DNA from: Eledone cirrhosa
Lineage: Eukaryota
DNA length: 64,000 nt
Reading direction: 5' to 3'
NCBI GenBank assembly: GCA_964016885.1
Contig: OZ024740.1
Span: 283,650,001-283,714,000 of the forward strand
Shown: one piece after another, positions 56,258 to 64,000 of the stretch
Numbering within the stretch: position 1 is the first letter of the stretch
Layout: every line of letters starts with the position of its first letter
Position numbers and translations under genes: made by a program
The notes under the pieces: generated by a model
The model's database searches: none
What the model was told of the DNA's origin: nothing
Seen by the model: only the letters and a program-made list of their open reading frames with translations

Positions 56258-59200
56258 ATGTGTTACGGTAATGTGAGTACGTGTTGCTTATTGATCAATG
56301 AACAACTCAAATTTACCATTTACTGTTATCCTTTAAATTTATTTTGGGATTAAAATTAATAGTATAAAGGATCTAGCCTCAATTCCTTTTATTCTTCTCG
56401 TCGTTTTATTGTAAACCCCATTCAGCATTGGCAGAAAGTGCCGGACTCAATCGGCAAAGTATTGAATGAAATGATTTTAGGTATTTAATTACACACCTTC
56501 ATGTTTCAGTTCAAATCTCTTTATGGTAGATTTTGTCTTTCACTCTTTTCGACTCTGTCGATAATCGATAACATAAAAGCAGATAAGCGATCAATATAAT
56601 CAATTATAACTGGTTATTCACATAAGTTAGAAATCACCACCATTCTCATCCTCATCATCATCATTATTACTATTAGAATTGTTTGTATTCATGTTCCTAC
56701 AGCATGAATAGTATCCATATTTGAAGACGCAGTCATAATTTGACAACAGATTGTGCTATTGTTTCTTAATATTTCATTTTATATTTCCGTCTTATGTTAT
56801 TAAATTCTTTTAACAATTCTGTTCAGTGAAAATATTGTCTTATTTCTCTCGTTTTAGTTAAATAACTCAAACAGAACTTATTGTCAAAATCACTTGGCCA
56901 GAAATTGGAATACCTTAAGTTTAGTTACGTAAAACATAGCTAAATATTACCTGACTTTTGGTTTTTCATAGCGATTTCATTTATTTTCCTCGCTCTACTT
57001 AACAGAAGAATTAATACAAAGTCATTTGAAAAACGTTATCTGCTCTATACTAGCATACATTAAAGAAAATGTCTTCCCATCCAAGTAACATTACATACAT
57101 CAGAATTGAAACACATACATTGCAAAACTATTTGTTATTTTAGCTGGAGTATAGATTGCAAATCTAAGGTTAAAATCAAAGTCAAATTGCGTCCATTGGA
57201 GCTTGAATACAATAAATAGAATTATTTCGAAAACTAATTATTTTTCAATGAAAGATATTGCTTAAAGGAATAGTCTTTATTTATTAATACCTAATACTCT
57301 CGGTAGTAAGTTATTGTCTAGGATATTCATGGTGATTTTCTATATAGGCTTATTGATTTGGATGTATATAGATAAGACGGTTATAAAGAATTTAATCACT
57401 TGATAGTTTTAGAGAAAGAAAATTGGAATTTGTAACGATATGTCTTTTCGCGAGTGTTTTAGTGACGAGAGAAAAGTAAAAACTTCATTTGTCTTGGAAT
57501 GCGATGTATTTATGTATATATGATAACATGCAACAGTAATAGTAAAAATAGCTATAGGAAACTGCATGATACACACCAAATATTTAATACAAAGTGAAGC
57601 AGCATTAGGTGTAGAAGCATCAGGTTCTGTACATACGTTACTCGAATTCTAGTAAGACGCTGGTGGATTTTAACAAAGCAAATTTTATAAAGGTTACTCT
57701 AATTCTTTAAGGATTTATTCAAGAAATCAGCATAGCACGTTTCTATTTCTTGAATTTCAAGGTTGTGATAATAGTTCTATAAACCAACAATTTCTTTTTG
57801 TCTTCCACACAACAACCAATTCCCCACAAAACGCCCTAAAATAAAGAAATCATAAATATGGTAAATGTTCATAAAATATATTATCTTATTGAAGTTTTAG
57901 ATTATTTATTACGATTATAAATTACACAGGATATTAACCAAAATTATTACAAACTAAAAATTAACATTTGTTTACTAGCATGTTACGAAAACCCTACCAA
58001 ACTCCAAATTATTCTTTAATGTCGCCACTAAGACTTCATATAATATGTTTGACAATAGTAATATAGTTTTCGTTAGTGGCACTTACACGTTCTTTAACCG
58101 ACTCAACCATATTACTTCACTTAAACCACTAAGGTTCTGGCAACATTTTAAAAAGTCAGGCCCTGCCATTATATATAGCTCGGACATTGTATTTACGTAA
58201 AAAATTAATGATATTTTGTGATTGATATTACGTTTCCGATTAACTATAACTAATTATAATTTATTTGCTATGTTGCCAATTCCATGCACAGCTAATTACA
58301 CTTCACTAACTCTCAAGTGACACAACTCTGAGGAAATTTCAATATATATAAATAAACCTTCCATATATTACTTCCTTCGCATGTCTTCCTTGCCCAAATA
58401 ATTTCTAAAAGTGAACACTGGCTATCTCTTAGTACGACTTCTATAGCCATCATCCGACTTTCTACTATTGCACTCTATAATTGAAAGCCATTAATAACCA
58501 TTGGCTTCGTATGACTTTATATTGGATTATTCTGTTAATTATCATATAAATATCTAAATCTCATACAAACAAACTATTTTCAAATAGTTTATGTAAATCT
58601 GTGAACAGAGACTGTTCATCTATATTACACTCTAATGTGCTGGGCAACAACTATTTCCTGATAATGCACATATTGTAGTTTGGGTCAATTAATAGCCACT
58701 CTTCTCTTGTCACAGTTTAAACTAACTTTTCATTTCACCACTCTGGGTATTTCTTTATAATCTTTCCAAATCTTGATAGCATAATATTATAAAATCTAAA
58801 TTAGTTTACTCGAAACTTTTCAGAATATCACTTCCATTTTGACTAGCAATATCACCTAACAATTAAACTTACAGTATCATTTTAATTATCAGTAATGCTA
58901 ATAACTAATTTGGTTACCATTAACTATTTTTCTGAGTAAATATATATTTTGAGTCGTCTAGGAAAATGGCGGACCAAGTAACTTAGACACTTGAAAAACT
59001 CACGTGTTCTCTCAGTATCTTAGTATATTTTCAGAAGTCACATGATTGATATTAAGGATCTCACTGCGCTCATCCTAGGGATGTTCTTAATTGGGTTGGT
59101 AAAACAATATTCCGAAATAGATGTAGAAAAAGAAAAAGAGAAATGAACACATGTTCCCACCACCACCATAAATAGCGGTTAACAGGATTAATGTAATAAC

Positions 59201-60220
59201 TTCCTTAAAATAGGTTCCTGCTAATAATTGGCACACTTCTACTCCTTTGCACAGTATCTAATATTTTTTCTGGAGATACTCGGTTTATAAATCTCGTTTC
59301 TCTCGGTAAGAGGAAATTCAATGCGATACAGGCTGTTTTCTATAAAACTGATGTACTAACTTTAAACATTGAAGGTGATCAGACTCCCAACAACTGCTGT
59401 TGATGTTACAACTGCTGCTGTTGCTATTGGTGATTTTACTCCTTTATTTATGTATTTATATATTTATTTATTATCTTTCAAGTTAGTTATTTATGTTGTC
59501 TGTTGTCATTGTAGCAATTATAGTAACATTAGTAGAAACAGTAATTGTAATAGTAGTAGTAATATTAGTAAAAAAAAAAAAAAAGGACAATAGCCCTGTT
59601 TTGCGAACGATGTTTCTTCTCGTTGTCACTCTAAATTCAGATTATTATCGCAATTATTTTAAATTGTTTTTATATAAATACCTCGCATTATAAGAACAAT
59701 ATTTTCTTGAGAGTATATAATACTAAAAGCACCACAATCCAACACGAATCATTCTTATGTAAGAGGTTTTCATTAAATAATGATTTCTTATAATTTTGTG
59801 AATATTATAATTATAATTATTGTTAATATTGTTTTATTTTACTCGCTTTGAGCTTCAATGAATGTGAAGAGCTTTCAGTATTATTCTTATTCTTATTCTT
59901 ATTATTATTTATATAATTTTATTATTATTATCTTCCTTGTATTTACATTATTTTCAATTTGTAGTCAGTGCCAAATTTGTCCCTGATTTGTGCTATAAAA
60001 AATTAAAAAATTAAAAAAAATATTGTCCACTTTCATGTGATGATGTGGATATTTTCACCATCCTACATTTTTACTTAAATAAATATATTTTAGAACAGAT
60101 ATATCAGATATATATATATATATATACATACATATAGATAGATACATACGTGTATATGTATATGTATGCATATATAAATATACATATACATGAACATATA
60201 TATACATATATATATATGGG

Positions 60221-60297
<77 letters not shown>

Positions 60298-60356
60298 GTG
60301 TATATATATATATGTATATATTTATAGACATGTATGTACATATATATATGTATATA

Positions 60357-60399
<43 letters not shown>

Positions 60400-60456
60400 G
60401 TCTATAAATATATACATACATGCCTATAAATATATACATATATATATATACACATG

Positions 60457-60587
<131 letters not shown>

Positions 60588-60916
60588 TTATATATATATT
60601 CCCAACAGTGTTTGGAATTAATAGTAGCAAAAAGATGATTGTAGTCTTTTGTACCTGCTAACAAGAGATATTTTGAGAAAAAAATAACATATATTTCCAT
60701 GTAGTTATAAAAAGAGTAATATTTTTCTTTAAACTTTGCACACATCCACGCTTGCATGCATATATACACCCATAAACACACACATAAGTATATATATATA
60801 TTAGATTGATAGGTAGAAGTATGTATCACTTGTAAATTAATGTATGCATTTAAATTTCATATATATATATATATAAGAGACGTAAGATAAGAAAATTATA
60901 AAATTAACTTACTTAT

Positions 60917-60972
<56 letters not shown>

Positions 60973-61003
60973 ATATACATATATATATACATATATACAT
61001 ATA

Positions 61004-61191
<188 letters not shown>

Positions 61192-61501
61192 TAATGATAG
61201 ATGTAAGCATACATAAAAATATGCGATGAAGACGAAGAAAGCATATGATTAATTATTAATACATAGCATGTATTAATAAATATATTTTAATTTATAGATG
61301 TACATTCACATAAATCTCACACACGCACACTCACACGCACACGCACGCCCACACACACATACACACACACATATATTGCATTCGTCTTTCTTCTCCATTT
61401 ACAGTTCTTGAAACGAAAACATTATAGAATGTTGATAAAAATTTAATAAGAAATTAAATATATTCAATAAGAACGACAACCACAACCACAACGACACAAG
61501 C

Positions 61502-61566
<65 letters not shown>

Positions 61567-61617
61567 TAATAATAATAATAAAAATAATAATAATAATAAA
61601 TAATAATATAATAATAA

Positions 61618-61770
61618 ATGCCTCGTTATTCGGAACAATTCAAAGGGCATGCTTGCTGGGAACAGCAAGAACCCTCCGATACGTCCTGAATACCTGAGGT
61701 TGCAGGTAGCAACTTGATGTTCATTTGAACAAACTTTCCAGTTAAATAACATCAATGACTAAGACTAAAA
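61618..61770 (+). mobile_element. R4/Dong-type LINE extreme 3' end within (TAA)n
   Basis: Translation IQRACLLGTAR then, after a frameshift, LRYVLNT*; (AAT)n on both sides. Confidence 0.65.
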
Positions 61771-62064
61771 AAATAACAATAATAATAATAAGGATTTTTA
61801 ATGTTATCAAAAGCTAACTTTGAGGACAATATGATTTTTCAAGCACTTTTATATAATAGCAATAATTATCAATATATAACAGAAAAATTGCATATTATAA
61901 TCCGATATACAAAGTAACAACAAAAAGAACAACAACCACAACAACAATCTTATCTGTATCCATATCTTACAGCTGTACACGGTGAATAATGTTTTGTGAT
62001 ATAGTAGTAGACCATTGTAACGTGTTAATATATCATTTCATTATCTGTCTTTATTTTCCTTATT

Positions 62065-62395
62065 TTTCTGTGATGTTAGGTTTCTGTTGTTGGTCTAACA
62101 AATTAGTAAATCAGTTAGACTAATGTTGATGTGAGACTTCTGTTGTTAGTCCAACAGATGGCCAACTTCTTAGACAAGCAGCGAATGTAGACATTTGTTA
62201 TTAGTCTAACAAATGTTTTTCTACCTTGATAAAATTTATTAGTTCCGATATATTTCGGATAGAATATAAGTTTTCAAGGGAGCAGTTTTGTCACTCAGTT
62301 AGACTAACATTGATGTCAGATTTCTGCTGTTAGTCTAACAGATGACAGTATTTGTTACACTAACAGTGATGTTAGGTATATGTTCTTTAGTCAAT
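62065..62395. repeat. Degenerate minisatellite, ~30-50 bp units
   Basis: tgatgt.ag.tttctg.tgttagtctaaca recurs about 6 times, with interspersed inverted gttagactaa. Confidence 0.7.
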
Positions 62396-62609
62396 CAGTT
62401 TTGTTTTGTTTGTTTTCTCTATATTATATATATACATACATATTTCTTCTTCTCCATTTTGTTTTAAATGTTACAAGTAATTAAAATAAAAATAATTGCA
62501 TTTAAAATATCAATGTGGAAAGATTGACTTCAGAGTTTCCTGTTATTTCTTTTGTGTTTATTGTTAATTCCTTTCCCCGTAATTATAAACCTGTTAACCC
62601 AATAATAAG

Positions 62610-62765
62610 GCGGTTTATTGTCGGAGTCGTTAGAACGTCGATTAGAATGCTTTGCGGTATTCGTTTCGGCTCCTTGCTCTGTCAGTTCAAATTTCGCCAA
62701 GATCAACTTTACCTTTCATCCATTCGGAGTCGATAAAAAAAGTACCAATCAAGTAGTGAGGTCGA
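62610..62765 (+). mobile_element. Diverged SINE-A relative
   Basis: gttcaaatttcgcc...caactttacctttcatccattcggagtcgataaaaaaagtacca. Confidence 0.7.
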
Positions 62766-63073
62766 TTCTTCCTCATTATCTCTTTCTCATTTCTATTCTC
62801 TTAATTTCTCTACCCTTCTTTGAAAGAAATCTGGAGAGGAGATGGACACCACCAGGTTTTAAAATGCCCTGGAAACGCCACAGGACCATACATTCTTAAC
62901 CTAATAATTCCTATTGGGGGGGGGGGGATATAATTACATAAATGTCTGGCATGTATATACAAATGCTATACATGATTAAACTTTCGAAAAATAACTATAT
63001 TCGGAGACAAATGTAGGGTTTAGAACTCAAAACCTTGTAATTGGAAAATGAACCTCTTATTGCAGCAAGATTA

Positions 63074-63390
63074 TCTTCTTCTTCTTCTTCTTCTTCTTCT
63101 TCTTCTTCTTCTTCTTCTTCTTCTTCTTCTCATTTTTATTTTTATTTTTATTTTTATTTTTATTTTTATTTTTATTTTTATTTTTATTTTTATTTTTATT
63201 TTTATTTTTATTTTTATTTTTATTTTTATTTTTATTTTTATTTTTATTTTTATTTTTATTTTTATTTTTATTTTTATTTTTATTTTTATTTTTATTTTTA
63301 TTTTTATTTTTATTTTTATTTTTATTTTTATTTTTATTTTTATTTTTATTTTTATTTTTTTTTATTTTTATTTTTATTTTTATTCTTCTT
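63074..63390. repeat. (TCT)n tail interrupted by a ~250 bp (TTTTTA)n array
   Basis: Directly visible. Confidence 0.95.
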
Positions 63391-64000
63391 CGCCCACATA
63401 TTCCTGAGAAGGTCGTGGGGGAAGAGTCCTCAAACATTCCTTTCAGCCGGTCCTTTCAGAAGCAACCGTCTCCAAATGATCCGGTTGAATCCCCAAATGA
63501 GAACAGCCAAGCTCGTGGATATTATTCAACCATCTTGCTCGGGGTCTACCTCTGGGTTTCCTGCCGGTTGGTTTTGCCCGTAAAATCCATCCACCTATTC
63601 TTTCTTGAGACATTCTAACCACAAGCCCATAGTATCGGAGCTGTGATCTCTCAATTAGGAGAAGTAGCGGCTCTACCTGGAGTGTCTCTCTGATCTCTGA
63701 GCTATGCACTCTATCGTGTCACGTTACTTGAAAGACCCTTCGGAGAAACCTCATTTCGGTCATTACCTATGCTCATTCATGACCATAGGTAAGGGTTAGC
63801 ACGAATACCGAATTGAAGATAGTGAATTTGGCTTTTATACCTACCTCCCTTTTTCTGATTACTGAATGCTGAAGCTGGCGCATTACTGCCCCAGTCCCTG
63901 CAATTCTTCCAGGTAATCCAACCTTCTGCCTTCCATCACTCGTGAACACGCCCCTGAAAAACTTTCACTTCTCTACCTGCTTAAGTGGAACTCCATCCAC
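63383..64000 (-). mobile_element. RTE-clade LINE 3' fragment (continues past the window end)
   Basis: IRETLQVEPLLLLIERSQLRYYGLVVRM...GRKPRGRPRARW. Confidence 0.85.

Overview
AT-rich, microsatellite-saturated animal genomic DNA. The repeat content (one very abundant ~190 bp tRNA-type SINE, RTE, CRE-like, R4/Dong, Tx1 and Penelope-like relics, and huge (TA)n/(CA)n/(TACA)n tracts) looks like an octopus genome, but that is inference. Almost all ORFs in the track are microsatellite artefacts. Real genes: one 648-aa acidic/Ser-rich protein with a C-terminal coiled coil, encoded in a single exon (38476-40422) with flanking splice sites; an intron-containing tRNA-Ile(UAU) (17065-17158, minus strand); and a 5S rRNA pseudogene. 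A young, 5'-truncated Tx1/L1-clade LINE (12851-15348) is flanked by an unusually long compound-microsatellite duplication. The most interesting signal is a set of more than ten short, non-coding elements, most of them sitting in (TA)n. They belong to several unrelated sequence families but share type-I hammerhead-ribozyme motifs, a fold-back (palindrome plus unpaired tail) architecture and often a TATTGAGTAC tail motif, which points to Penelope-like or retrozyme-like elements. One hammerhead looks complete (34626-34717). In one family the inversion centre repeatedly coincides with the ribozyme stem II, and one hairpin has captured neighbouring DNA in its loop. All coordinates and pairings were read by eye, with no alignment or folding software.
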